Assembly: GCA_016927555.1 (NCBI GenBank) | Contig: JAFGML010000035.1 | Coordinates: 1 to 58,966 of the forward strand | Direction: 5' to 3' | DNA: 58,966 nucleotides | Source of the DNA: Thermoplasmatota archaeon | Lineage (GTDB): Archaea > Thermoplasmatota > E2 > DHVEG-1 | In this document: positions 9,438 through 19,245 of the stretch, in pieces | Layout: every line of letters starts with the position of its first letter | How positions within the stretch are numbered: the first letter of the stretch is position 1 | The notes under the pieces: model-generated | What the model saw: the letters and a program-made list of their open reading frames with translations, nothing else | Told to the model about the DNA's origin: nothing | The model's database searches: none | Program-made: the position numbers and the translations under genes

Positions 9438-10930
9438 ATGTTGTCCTCCTGTACCCGTCGGACGATGTCTAACACCGTTCCGTCAAACCATTTAATGATG
9501 CCGATGATGTCGTCTCCAAGATTTGGTGACGCTGGTCCACCCGTTGCTTCATACGCCATGTCTTTGAGTGTTTCAATGGGAACAAAATCGATAGATCCCG
9601 CTATCTTTTTCAGCAGGTCTTTTCGTAGTGGATTAATCGCGATCCCACGGTTCGTCACAATCGCATCAACAACCGCACCAGGTGTTGTAATCGTCGTGAC
9701 GCTCTCCCGTACAATCGGGTTTGTCTTCCTGAATATCGGGGTAGTGATTATTGTCAGGTACGATGCAGCTGCGGTGTCTTGATGTCCTCCGATTCCATGC
9801 AAGAGTCTGCCATCGCTGTGGGTATTAACATTGACATTAAAGTCGACGTCTACTTCTGTGGCGCCCAGGACCACGGCATCCAGGCTGTCAGCAGTCCGCC
9901 CCTTTGATGTCGGGTCCGCGTAGTGACCAATGTCTGCTGGCAGGCCAAGGTCATGTTGGATGAACTGAATCGATTCGGTGTCAAACACCTGCGAGTAGTA
10001 GATCTTCTTCACACGACCTGCTCTGTAAATATCAATGATGAACTTGGTCAGACCACCTGTGGCACACGAGGCAACCACGTTTTTTTCCTCAAGTCGCTCG
10101 GCAAGGTACTTCACTGCAGCAAGTGAAATGCCTCCTGCTCCGGATTGGAACACCATGCCGTTTTCTATGAGACCAGCTGCGTCCATTAAATCTACGCACT
10201 GTCTGGCGATGTTCAGTTTCTCAGCATCATCCGTGATTTTCAGCGACCCCGTGACAATCATCTTTGGATCACCAATCTGGTCTACCTGTGCGACGTAGTC
10301 GACGTGGCGCTCCTGGATCTCCTGTGGTTGGCAGGGGTACTCAACGATAGTGTCGGTGACGACGATCACATGTGCTGCTTTCATCGCATCAACTTGTGAG
10401 TACGAAATCGGGCCAAAGGCACTGTCTCCTACCACGCCGGTGCAGTTCCCATGCTCGTCTGCTGCTGAGGCAGCGATGATGGCGATGTCAACAGCAAGCT
10501 CCCCTGTTTTAACTGCTGCCCACCGCCCTCCATGGGACCGCAGGATCACCGGGCTATTCAAAGGGTGCTTTGAGACATAGTCACCCACCGAGTCGTTCAA
10601 GCTTCCCTCTATGCGGCTGACCACTCCTTCTTTGATGTACTCGATGACCGGTTGATGCACGGTGAACAACGCTGTCTGTGCAAGACGAATATCCTTCACA
10701 CCGAGTTCTTTGATTGCAGCAAGCGTCTGGTTCACCACGAAATCCCCGTTGCGCAGCTGATGGTGGAACGACACGGTCATCCCGTTCTTCAACCCACAGT
10801 GCTTCAACGCTTTCTCAAGAGTGGTGAGCTTGGAGTCAAACCCGTACTTCCGTGCACCAGAGAACGGCTTCATCGTCACCTCCCCAAAGGTGGTTTCCAC
10901 TTGTCTACCAGCAGCGTTCCTCACAAGCAT
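9434..10930 (-). CDS. citF: Citrate lyase alpha subunit (citrate CoA-transferase)
   Basis: GMTVSFHHQLRNGD, RSHGGR, FQSGAGG, EVDVDFNVNV, GGHQDTAA. Confidence 0.92.
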   Translation of the reverse strand: MLVRNAAGRQVETTFGEVTMKPFSGARKYGFDSKLTTLEKALKHCGLKNGMTVSFHHQLRNGDFVVNQTLAAIKELGVKDIRLAQTALFTVHQPVIEYIKEGVVSRIEGSLNDSVGDYVSKHPLNSPVILRSHGGRWAAVKTGELAVDIAIIAASAADEHGNCTGVVGDSAFGPISYSQVDAMKAAHVIVVTDTIVEYPCQPQEIQERHVDYVAQVDQIGDPKMIVTGSLKITDDAEKLNIARQCVDLMDAAGLIENGMVFQSGAGGISLAAVKYLAERLEEKNVVASCATGGLTKFIIDIYRAGRVKKIYYSQVFDTESIQFIQHDLGLPADIGHYADPTSKGRTADSLDAVVLGATEVDVDFNVNVNTHSDGRLLHGIGGHQDTAAASYLTIITTPIFRKTNPIVRESVTTITTPGAVVDAIVTNRGIAINPLRKDLLKKIAGSIDFVPIETLKDMAYEATGGPASPNLGDDIIGIIKWFDGTVLDIVRRVQEDNI

Positions 10931-10934
10931 CGTC

Positions 10935-11450
10935 TCACTTCCTTTTCTTGATCTCAAAATCAATGAAATCACAGTGATGGACAACGATTGCTTCGTACGT
11001 CCGGTTCATGGTGTCCCCCTCATGGGAGTGCGCAGCGATGATATGGACAACCTCTCTAGGAAGCCCGCATTCCTCAGCAAGCTTCGCACCAGACACTGGG
11101 TGACGCATGGTTTCCCCGAGTTTGCTTTTCACGATTCTACCGTCTCTCAGTTCATATTCAAGCATCTTTCCGACATCATGGAGCAGCGCTCCTGCGAGAA
11201 GAAAATCACGGTTGAGGGGTTCGTCTCGGGCGGCTGCCACGCTTTGTGCAAGTTTCGTAATCCTCTTGGTGTGGTCGACCAGTAACCCTGAGTTCTCAAA
11301 CAGCAGGGTGAAGGGTACTTGAGTGAGGTCCTCCCAGTGTCCTTGGTCCGCAGCTTTTTTCCAGACCTCGACAACCTTTTCTCGAAGACTTTTATCGTGT
11401 ATCCATGCTAGCTCTGTGAGATACTTCTCAATATCGCGTTTCTCAACCAT
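10935..11450 (-). CDS. HD-domain phosphohydrolase
   Basis: H...LLHDVGK, RHPVSGA, HIIAAHS, HHCD. Confidence 0.88.
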   Translation of the reverse strand: MVEKRDIEKYLTELAWIHDKSLREKVVEVWKKAADQGHWEDLTQVPFTLLFENSGLLVDHTKRITKLAQSVAAARDEPLNRDFLLAGALLHDVGKMLEYELRDGRIVKSKLGETMRHPVSGAKLAEECGLPREVVHIIAAHSHEGDTMNRTYEAIVVHHCDFIDFEIKKRK

Positions 11451-11596
11451 GATGAAGCCTCCACATGTAGGTGGGTTGTAATTGTTCACCGTATTATATA
11501 CATATCCGCGCGGTGAAAACGGGTAACAGTTGTACAAGAAACTATTTATATACTCCCTTCAGACGCACAAGTACAGTACATTCAACTTGGTGGAGA

Positions 11597-12886
11597 ATGA
11601 CATTCAGAAAAACAGATACCGTCATCATCGTGATCCTCATCATTACGTCAACAGCGTTCTTGTACAAAGCAGACTACATCTCCACTATTCTCCACCCAGA
11701 CCCTTCGACTCCACCAGGCGGTAACAATACAACCACGACACTCCCACCGATACAGGTACCTGCTCCACCAATGTCTTTTGTACCTGCGTATCGACGGGAT
11801 GTCTCCGCGGTTGATGAGGGCGTCCATTTTGATGAACTGCGCGTCTCCCGGGAGTGGTGGTACTTCAACGCGGTGTTCAACGACACTGCAAGTCATCTGA
11901 AGGACTGGTCTGTTGTGGTGAGCTTCAACCACATGGCCCGGGGTGATCTCTTTGGAACGAACAAACCTGATCTGCTCGTCGTCAGCCTGCTTGGGAATTC
12001 CAGTGAAGCCTACGGAGGCATGATCAACAAGGAGCACTTCCTAGGGATCATCAAGCAAGGGACGCTCATCGCCAGCTCCCCGGGTGTGAAAGTCGCGTTT
12101 GACAACTCTTGGGCAGAAGGCTCCTATCCCCACTGGCATGTCCATGCTGAGGATGAGGAGATCGACTCAGCCCATGAGATCATCATCGACCTTGATTTCA
12201 CTGCTCCCTCACTACCGATTTGGACGTTGAGTACACGAGCGTTTGATAAATCAGACAGCGAAGTCGCCAGCTACGTGCTGCTGGGATGCGAGGTGGTTGG
12301 CACTGTTACTATTGACGGGCAGACCTATCCTGTGAGAGGCACTGGGTCCCATGAGCACTCCTGGACCCCAGTTGCTATTACCCGACTGGCGATTGGCGGA
12401 TGGGACTGGTTCACGCTTAGCTTGGAGAACGGTTGGAGCATCTACGCGTCGAACTATTTGCCTACGCCGCAGGCATTATCTGGTGCAATTTCCTCACTCG
12501 ACCCGTTTGGCACCCTGCTGATTACCGCAGATAATGGACAGACGGTAACCGAGCTCAAAGATGTGAACTTGAAGATCACTGCGAAAGACGAGAAGATCTT
12601 TCCCCTCGTTGCGTTACCAAAGACGTTGACGGTTCAGGCAGACCCCAGCCTGAACCCTTTATTCCTCACCAGTCAGTCCTTGCTGTTTGGTACACAAACA
12701 TCACTGCAGGCTACCTTGGACATCACCCATGGGACACAAAAAATTTGGAAGTTCCCAACGTATTTGGGGATGAAAATCGGGTACGTGACCATTGATGGGT
12801 CACTGACGTGGACTGATAACGATGGTGATCATGAGGTTGCTCTCCAGGGTACTGGTGTGTCGTGGAGTATGCGAGCGTTCCTCTAG
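11597..12886 (+). CDS. Membrane-anchored/secreted CrtC/AttH-like lipocalin-fold protein
   Basis: N-terminal TM plus Pro/Thr linker; EWWYFN, GTGSHEHSW, GWDWF. Confidence 0.6.
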   Translation: MTFRKTDTVIIVILIITSTAFLYKADYISTILHPDPSTPPGGNNTTTTLPPIQVPAPPMSFVPAYRRDVSAVDEGVHFDELRVSREWWYFNAVFNDTASHLKDWSVVVSFNHMARGDLFGTNKPDLLVVSLLGNSSEAYGGMINKEHFLGIIKQGTLIASSPGVKVAFDNSWAEGSYPHWHVHAEDEEIDSAHEIIIDLDFTAPSLPIWTLSTRAFDKSDSEVASYVLLGCEVVGTVTIDGQTYPVRGTGSHEHSWTPVAITRLAIGGWDWFTLSLENGWSIYASNYLPTPQALSGAISSLDPFGTLLITADNGQTVTELKDVNLKITAKDEKIFPLVALPKTLTVQADPSLNPLFLTSQSLLFGTQTSLQATLDITHGTQKIWKFPTYLGMKIGYVTIDGSLTWTDNDGDHEVALQGTGVSWSMRAFL

Positions 12887-13394
12887 GTTCTTTTTTTATG
12901 ATGATGATTTGTTCATAGGTGATTCATCATAGGTTTTTTTCATATGACCGTTGATTAGAAACGACTGTGTTATGCGATGATTGCAGCGATCCAAGTCACA
13001 ACCGGTAGTGGTCTGCTACTCTCAACTGTTGTGTATCCTCACAGGTCATGGGACGTGATTTCGCAGTCGTCTCATTCGGCAGTCATTTTTGCTGAAGCAC
13101 AAAATCCCGGGTTCACTATTCATTTTCTACCCCTCTGGACAGTACTATATTGAATTATTATTGGTACTTGTTCTCTTTATTAGATTCTTTACTGTCGTTG
13201 TGAATTATTTGAAAAGACACTCACATTTCAATAAACGTTATACTCTCTTTTGAAAAAACCGTCGAAGATTGGATGACTGTTCTATAAACCTAATATACAT
13301 CGTAGCGTCATATCTCCCTTCGGAATGATGAAGACAAAGGTGCTTTCACCAACAGGTAGTTTTTTTATATGGAACATTCAATCTCAATGATGGA

Positions 13395-13793
13395 GTGATT
13401 CATTTGAAAATACAGACCACGAGGGTTCTTCTCTCACTAATCGATGGTACACTCATCACATTCTTATATTTCCTCTCTGTTGACATCACAAAACCTTTTC
13501 AAAACCTCCAACCTCTTTTCGTCCTCATCGTTTTTTGTCTATCCTCTTTTGGGATTTATATTATCTACTACGTGTTAGGAATGAAAACAACAAAGCACTA
13601 TCTTCAACATACAACACCGTGGGATTCTCCAAAAATGATTGGGATAATCACAATTATCTGGTGGATTCTGTGTGCCCTATTGTACTTTATTCATCCAGAT
13701 GGATTGATTTTATTTTCAGCAATTGGTGTACCTAAAGTATATTTATCCGGGGTTTATATGAGGAATGTCTACAGAAAACAAAAAGTACCTTAG
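13395..13793 (+). CDS. Hypothetical membrane protein (AT-rich)
   Basis: 132 aa ORF with about four hydrophobic segments; visibly lower GC than flanks. Confidence 0.6.
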   Translation: MIHLKIQTTRVLLSLIDGTLITFLYFLSVDITKPFQNLQPLFVLIVFCLSSFGIYIIYYVLGMKTTKHYLQHTTPWDSPKMIGIITIIWWILCALLYFIHPDGLILFSAIGVPKVYLSGVYMRNVYRKQKVP

Positions 13794-13795
13794 TT

Positions 13796-14182
13796 TTATC
13801 GTGCTACTTCGACAGTCGCGTTATCCGCATTCAACACTATAGTGTCCCCCTCTTTAATCTGATCAATGTCAATCTTGTCGACACAGGGGATTCCTGCTAG
13901 GATCACACCGGTAGCAACAATGGTTTCTGTTTCTCTGTTGATGATTCCTTTGGGGCCAACACCGTTCTTCTGCAACCCGTAGATAACGTACGAGCCGACG
14001 GTGGAGCCTTTTCCACACGGGAACACCAGGATTTTGTCTTTGACGTTCTTCCCTTCGAGGGGATGGCCTTTTTCTATGACTATGCCGGTTTTGATGTTGA
14101 TGCCGCCGTAAAATCCAATTGGCTCTTTTGACACAAGCGCTGTCCCTTTGACTTTCCCTGGTGAGATCATGCGTCCTTTCAT
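13796..14182 (-). CDS. Phosphomevalonate dehydratase small subunit (AcnX swivel domain, DUF126)
   Basis: GHPLEG..KDKILVFPCGKGSTVGSY; coupled to the AcnX large subunit. Confidence 0.92.
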   Translation of the reverse strand: MKGRMISPGKVKGTALVSKEPIGFYGGINIKTGIVIEKGHPLEGKNVKDKILVFPCGKGSTVGSYVIYGLQKNGVGPKGIINRETETIVATGVILAGIPCVDKIDIDQIKEGDTIVLNADNATVEVAR

Positions 14183-15366
14183 TAGAGAACCGCCTCCAGC
14201 AGTTTATGGAGATTGTTGAAACACACGTTCTGTTTGCAGAACCCGGGGAGGTAGTTGCCTGCTTTGCCGCTGTTCACACCCGTGGTCTTGTACCCCATGT
14301 CCTCGATGGGTGAGACGACCATGCATGTGTCAGCAACAATGTGTCCTCCTGCTTGTTCAATGGTTGCTGTGAATCCCATGCGGTCTGCTGCTTCTTTCAT
14401 CATCCGGCTGGTGCACACCCAGACTGGTTTTTTCAGGTGTTTTCCTTTGAGGTGCTCTGCGACAGCAGCGATTTCCCGTAACGAGGCATGCGGGCAGCCG
14501 AGGATTACGATATCTGGTTGTTTTCCTGTGTTGAGCTTCGCGTACGCCTCATCAAGCTCTTTTTTGGTGACCGTGATGGTCTCCAGGTTGTCTTTCTTAA
14601 CAAGATCTGCTTCTGGGGTGAGTCCTTCGACGTGGTACAGGGCGACTGCGCCTGAGGCGGCCATCGCCGCACCCAGGGCTTTGAGCTGGTCAGTGTCAGC
14701 ATTCTTGATGCCGGTGAAGTACGGAATCTTGTTTTTGATGAGTTTGCCGACATGATATCCAAGCGCGCCGTAGTCAGCATCAAAGGTCAGGTCTGCTTCT
14801 ATCTTCACTTTGATGCTCGGCTGTCTGTTCTCCCAGAGGTGGAACCCGTAGTTTGGGGTTTTTCCTAGGATGGCTGCGGCGAGTGCTGAGGGTCCTCCCT
14901 CGCGGTTGGTACGTGCGCCGATCACTGAGTTGGCAAATGAGATTGCTGATGATTCTGACCAGGCGATGTGCTCGCGAAACCGTGGGAGGTTGCCTGCGAG
15001 GTATGGCGTGCAGGTCGCGGTGATGACGATACCCATGCTTTTGAACGCGTTCATGATACGTAATTGGTTTTTTGCGAATTCCTTGGGGAACTTCAGCGTC
15101 TCCCAGTTCTCCAGGTCCATGCCTGCTGGGTTGAGGAACGTCAGGACCTTGACTTTTGCTCCTTTGCTGGCGAGGTCCTCGAGGAACTCGGTGCCTGGGT
15201 CTGCGATGGATTTGTAGGAGACACCAGCGACCTGGACAGAGCCGACCGGTATCATCTTGTCAGCGCCGTAGATGTCACCGAGCTGGACGAGCAGCCGCAT
15301 CATGCGTTCTGCGACCTCGCCTGATTCACCATGAAGTATTTTTTCTTCTTCTTTTGTCAGATACAT
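14182..15366 (-). CDS. Phosphomevalonate dehydratase large subunit (aconitase X)
   Basis: MYLTKEEE start, GVSYK, TCTPY, WSESSA, GARTNREGGP, GCPH, DTCMVV. Confidence 0.93.
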   Translation of the reverse strand: MYLTKEEEKILHGESGEVAERMMRLLVQLGDIYGADKMIPVGSVQVAGVSYKSIADPGTEFLEDLASKGAKVKVLTFLNPAGMDLENWETLKFPKEFAKNQLRIMNAFKSMGIVITATCTPYLAGNLPRFREHIAWSESSAISFANSVIGARTNREGGPSALAAAILGKTPNYGFHLWENRQPSIKVKIEADLTFDADYGALGYHVGKLIKNKIPYFTGIKNADTDQLKALGAAMAASGAVALYHVEGLTPEADLVKKDNLETITVTKKELDEAYAKLNTGKQPDIVILGCPHASLREIAAVAEHLKGKHLKKPVWVCTSRMMKEAADRMGFTATIEQAGGHIVADTCMVVSPIEDMGYKTTGVNSGKAGNYLPGFCKQNVCFNNLHKLLEAVL

Positions 15367-15432
15367 ATGAGAATAACCCCTGTAATGGACAGGGTTATAT
15401 GCTCTGATTATTTTAGTGTTTGTGTTGTGCCT

Positions 15433-16599
15433 ATGAAGCTGAAGCAGCAGCCCTCTGATTTCATTGTCGAGGAGGTCTCCTCCGTCCCCATCAGTCCAGA
15501 GAGGGAGGAGCATACCGTGTTTCTGCTGGAGAAACAAGAGGTTGATACGTTTGACGCGGTGCGGCGGATCGCAGGAAAACTGCGGATTTCACTCTTTGAG
15601 ATTGGCTATGCTGGTCTGAAGGATAAACATGCGGTGGCGCGGCAATACGTGTCGATTCCTACGAAATACAATGTTCGTGGCTTGAAGCTGGAGTCGTTGT
15701 CCCTCACCCTTGTTGGGCATGCTCAGAAAAAAATCAAGATCGGTGATCTGACAGGGAACCGGTTCATCATCACCGTGCGTGATCTGAAACCTGATGAACT
15801 CAAGGACGTCATGGCACGGGCAGAGACTGTTCCTCGGTGTGGTGTGCCGAACTATTTTGACTCACAGCGGTTCGGCAGCGTCCTTGACCATGAGTTCATC
15901 GGAAAAATGATTATACAGAAGAACTATGAGCAAGCGGTTAAACAATACTTAACCATGTATCAGAAATCAGAGCCAAAAAAAATCAAGGATGAGAAACGCA
16001 GGATTCTTGTTCAATGGAATGACCTTGCGGGGATACGTGTGTTCAATAAAGCGTTCTCCCTCGTCATCAAGGAATATCTCAAGACGCACAGCTGGCTTTC
16101 TGCATATAAGAGGATCCCTGCGAACCTGCGGGAGATGTACGTGAATGCGTACCAGAGCTATCTGTGGAACGAATGCGTCAAGGAAGTACTAAGACAGGGT
16201 GTGGAGGCGAGGAAGTTGTACTCAGTGGAGTACTCCATTGGGGCGTTGCTGTTTTACACTGGTCTTTCTGAGGAGGAGAGGAAAAAGATTCCGTTGACGT
16301 TTCTTTCGGTCAGCGAGACCGCGGTGTTCACCGAGGCAGAGCAACGGATCGTCGATGCTGTGCTTAGAAAAGAGAGGGTAGCGATCCCTGATTTTGATAT
16401 TGAGACGGAGACCGGGAATTTCTTCAAAGCCAGGCCACGGAACGTCCTGCTCATGCCAACGGATTTCTCTGTCTCGTCACCAGCGCCAGATGAGATCAAC
16501 AGCAGAGGAAATGTCCAACGGCAGAAACTTCAGGTCAGTTTTACGTTACCGAAAGGAAGCTATGCCACCATCGTCACAAAAGGGTTGTTCGCTCATTAA
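15433..16599 (+). CDS. truD: tRNA pseudouridine(13) synthase
   Basis: DFIVEE, YAGLKDKHA, GNRF, PNYFDSQRFG, AYQSYLWN, FTLPKGSYAT. Confidence 0.95.
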   Translation: MKLKQQPSDFIVEEVSSVPISPEREEHTVFLLEKQEVDTFDAVRRIAGKLRISLFEIGYAGLKDKHAVARQYVSIPTKYNVRGLKLESLSLTLVGHAQKKIKIGDLTGNRFIITVRDLKPDELKDVMARAETVPRCGVPNYFDSQRFGSVLDHEFIGKMIIQKNYEQAVKQYLTMYQKSEPKKIKDEKRRILVQWNDLAGIRVFNKAFSLVIKEYLKTHSWLSAYKRIPANLREMYVNAYQSYLWNECVKEVLRQGVEARKLYSVEYSIGALLFYTGLSEEERKKIPLTFLSVSETAVFTEAEQRIVDAVLRKERVAIPDFDIETETGNFFKARPRNVLLMPTDFSVSSPAPDEINSRGNVQRQKLQVSFTLPKGSYATIVTKGLFAH

Positions 16600-16601
16600 T
16601 A

Positions 16602-16919
16602 TCAGACGTGCTTGACCAACTTCTTGCAATTCTGGACTAATACTTGGATTTCCTCTTTCGTCGCATGATCAACATGCACACCACCAACCGCGACTACCTT
16701 GACATGATATTTTGTACACGCTGCCTCAGCGATCGGTTTGAGCACAACATCATCATAGTGACCAGACAACCGGATGACCCTCACCTGTTCCCCAGGCTCA
16801 GCAATCACCACACCACCAACATGTGGTCGTTCCCCACCACCAACAAAAAACACAAGGTCCTTACCGATCTCGTAGCGCTTCAGCCAGACCTTGTACTTCC
16901 CACTACCTGACGTACTCAT
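16602..16919 (-). CDS. Prenylated-flavin chaperone LpdD-like protein
   Basis: GGGERPHVG, GHYD and GGVHVDHAT motifs; overlaps the UbiD stop codon. Confidence 0.65.
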   Translation of the reverse strand: MSTSGSGKYKVWLKRYEIGKDLVFFVGGGERPHVGGVVIAEPGEQVRVIRLSGHYDDVVLKPIAEAACTKYHVKVVAVGGVHVDHATKEEIQVLVQNCKKLVKHV

Positions 16920-18213
16920 CAAGGTTCACTGTTCTGTACTTCACAATCTCATACTTACTCTTATCGACAGTAGACGGAATCGTCGCATCCACACCGACCT
17001 TATCGGTCAGCGCCTTCTTGCCCTCCTCCTGCTTTGAGGACGGGTCAAGGGAACTACCTGGTTGGTCACGCTTCACCACCAAATCACTGCCACCCTGGAA
17101 CCTGGTCGCAATCGCCCACTCAATCGCATTGGGATTGTAAATGTCAACATCCTCATCAATCACGACGACATGCTTCATGCTCTTATGACCCGAGAGCGCA
17201 GCCTCAATAGCTTTCTTGCCATCATCCGGGTGCTTCTTCTGGATTTGCACGACACCATGCAGCCATGAGCCGCCACCCATGGTCACCAGCACATTCTTAC
17301 AGACGGCTACCTTGCTGACCTGATCGTAGATCGTCGGCTCCTTTGGCATGCCCATGAGGATTTTATGCTCCAGCCGCCCAGGGATGAGCGCCTGGTACAT
17401 CGCATCCTTCCGATGCGTGATGCAATCTACGACAAACACAGGCTCCTTACGCTCAAAATCACGGGTCTCCGTCAGATCCACGAAAGGACCCTCTTTATCA
17501 ACATCCCTGATGAGTCGTCCTTCAAGCACAATCTCAGACTCAGCAGGCACCTCAAGGTCCTTGGTCTTACATCTCACCATCTTCATCGGATACAACGCGT
17601 TCGCTATGGAAAACTCATCAACACCGGACGGTGGACCAAGTGAGGCGGCAATCATCACGGGCACCGAATTCCCGATACAGACAGCCATCTCCAGGTCACC
17701 CGTGGTCTTGTCGTACGTCGTCCGTGTCTGACGACCCTTAATCAAGCGAGCAGTACACCGATTCTTGCCACGCTCCATCAGCCGATGGTACGACACGTTC
17801 CTACCAGTCTGCGGATCCTTAATCGTCGCCACGGTCGCAGTCGCATACCTGCCGCCATCACCATCCAGATGAAACAGCAACGGCAACATACTCAGATCCG
17901 GGTCCTTGACCACGACTTCCTGACATGGCGCGTTCTGCACCACCTCAGGGACCTTCGGATGACGCAAGGCTTCAACCAGCTTCATCAACAGGTTCTCCTT
18001 CGTCGTACCTAGACCTTGCGCGATGACATCCCGATCAGAGGTAATACCCCCGAACACCGGGAACCTGTAGCCTTTCACATGCTCAAAAATCACGGGTTTC
18101 TCATTCAGAGAGTACATTATATTAGCAATCTCATGTTTCACTGAGACTTCCTTGGTGATGCGAACAAGACTCCCCTGTTCTTCGAGCTTCTTGAGAAACG
18201 GACGAAGATGCAT
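16903..18213 (-). CDS. UbiD family decarboxylase (probable anhydromevalonate phosphate decarboxylase)
   Basis: NVSYHR, EGPFVD, KHVVVIDEDVD, SSLDPS, GVDAT; context of mvk and AcnX. Confidence 0.92.
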   Translation of the reverse strand: MHLRPFLKKLEEQGSLVRITKEVSVKHEIANIMYSLNEKPVIFEHVKGYRFPVFGGITSDRDVIAQGLGTTKENLLMKLVEALRHPKVPEVVQNAPCQEVVVKDPDLSMLPLLFHLDGDGGRYATATVATIKDPQTGRNVSYHRLMERGKNRCTARLIKGRQTRTTYDKTTGDLEMAVCIGNSVPVMIAASLGPPSGVDEFSIANALYPMKMVRCKTKDLEVPAESEIVLEGRLIRDVDKEGPFVDLTETRDFERKEPVFVVDCITHRKDAMYQALIPGRLEHKILMGMPKEPTIYDQVSKVAVCKNVLVTMGGGSWLHGVVQIQKKHPDDGKKAIEAALSGHKSMKHVVVIDEDVDIYNPNAIEWAIATRFQGGSDLVVKRDQPGSSLDPSSKQEEGKKALTDKVGVDATIPSTVDKSKYEIVKYRTVNLDEYVR

Positions 18214-19169
18214 TAGTACTCCACATCCTCACGCGACGCACCAATGATGGTTTTCACAGTCTGGAAGCCTTCCTTCTCAATAGCGGTGGCTACCTTGTTC
18301 TGCACGTCTTTACCCGGCGTCAAAGCGATCATGTTGCCACCCAGGCCGCCACCAGTGAGCTTCGCACCAAGCGCGCCAGCCTCACGGGCGATACTGACCA
18401 GGAAATCAAGCTCACGGGACGACACCTCAATCTGCTGCAGCAGCTTATGGTTCTCATTCATCAACTTGCCGATATCGGTGTACGACCGATCCGCAAATGC
18501 ACGTTTCGCAAGATACGCGATGTTCTCAGCCCGATCAAACACCTCCTGGTACTTCTTCGGGTTCTGCTCCTTGCGCTGTCGCACGCCATCCACTGCTGCC
18601 TTGGTGTCAGTCACCTTCCCGGTGTTGCCAATAACAATCTCCACCGGGTTTGCCAAGGTTATCCGGTCGATGACGTTCGCATCGCCTTTCTGAAACCAGA
18701 TGAGCCCACCATACGTGGATGCGGTGTTATCCACACCAGACGGCGTCCCATGGTACCCCTTCTCACCCTCGTAGGCGATCTCGTTGATCTGCTCATCAGA
18801 CAACGACATCTCATAATACTCTGCAAGAGCTCGTGCGACCGCGACGCAGGACGCAGCAGACGCACCAATGCCACTCGCGGCATACAAATTACCATCCAAC
18901 GTGATGCTCACGCCGTTTTTGGACAGATCAAGCCCCATCTTCTTAAACATCAACGAGAAGGAGTCCTTCTGCTGCTCTAGCTTATCCTCCTTGTACTTCG
19001 GCGTCGCTGGTCGCTTATCGAGCAGTGTAAACCCTGGCTTGTCGTACGGCTCTACTTTTGCTACGGTATGTTGCCCAATAGCAGATACAATCGAGGGAAT
19101 CCCGTACACCACAAAATGTTCATTAAACAAGATAGCCTTCCCGAAACCAATACCATGACCTCTCTTCAT
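18213..19169 (-). CDS. mvk: Mevalonate kinase
   Basis: GKAILFNEHFVVYG, SGIGASAA, HGTPSGVDN, GAKLTGGGLGG. Confidence 0.93.
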   Translation of the reverse strand: MKRGHGIGFGKAILFNEHFVVYGIPSIVSAIGQHTVAKVEPYDKPGFTLLDKRPATPKYKEDKLEQQKDSFSLMFKKMGLDLSKNGVSITLDGNLYAASGIGASAASCVAVARALAEYYEMSLSDEQINEIAYEGEKGYHGTPSGVDNTASTYGGLIWFQKGDANVIDRITLANPVEIVIGNTGKVTDTKAAVDGVRQRKEQNPKKYQEVFDRAENIAYLAKRAFADRSYTDIGKLMNENHKLLQQIEVSSRELDFLVSIAREAGALGAKLTGGGLGGNMIALTPGKDVQNKVATAIEKEGFQTVKTIIGASREDVEY

Positions 19170-19245
19170 ACACTATCCCAATGATGCTCAGATATATTTG
19201 GTTACATGACAAGATGAGTATATTATTTTTATGGAATATTATCCG

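Noticed and set aside
14182-15537. Apparent overlap of the AcnX large subunit and truD ORFs
   Set aside because: Caused by over-extended starts; the likely starts are 15366 and 15433, leaving a 66-bp divergent gap
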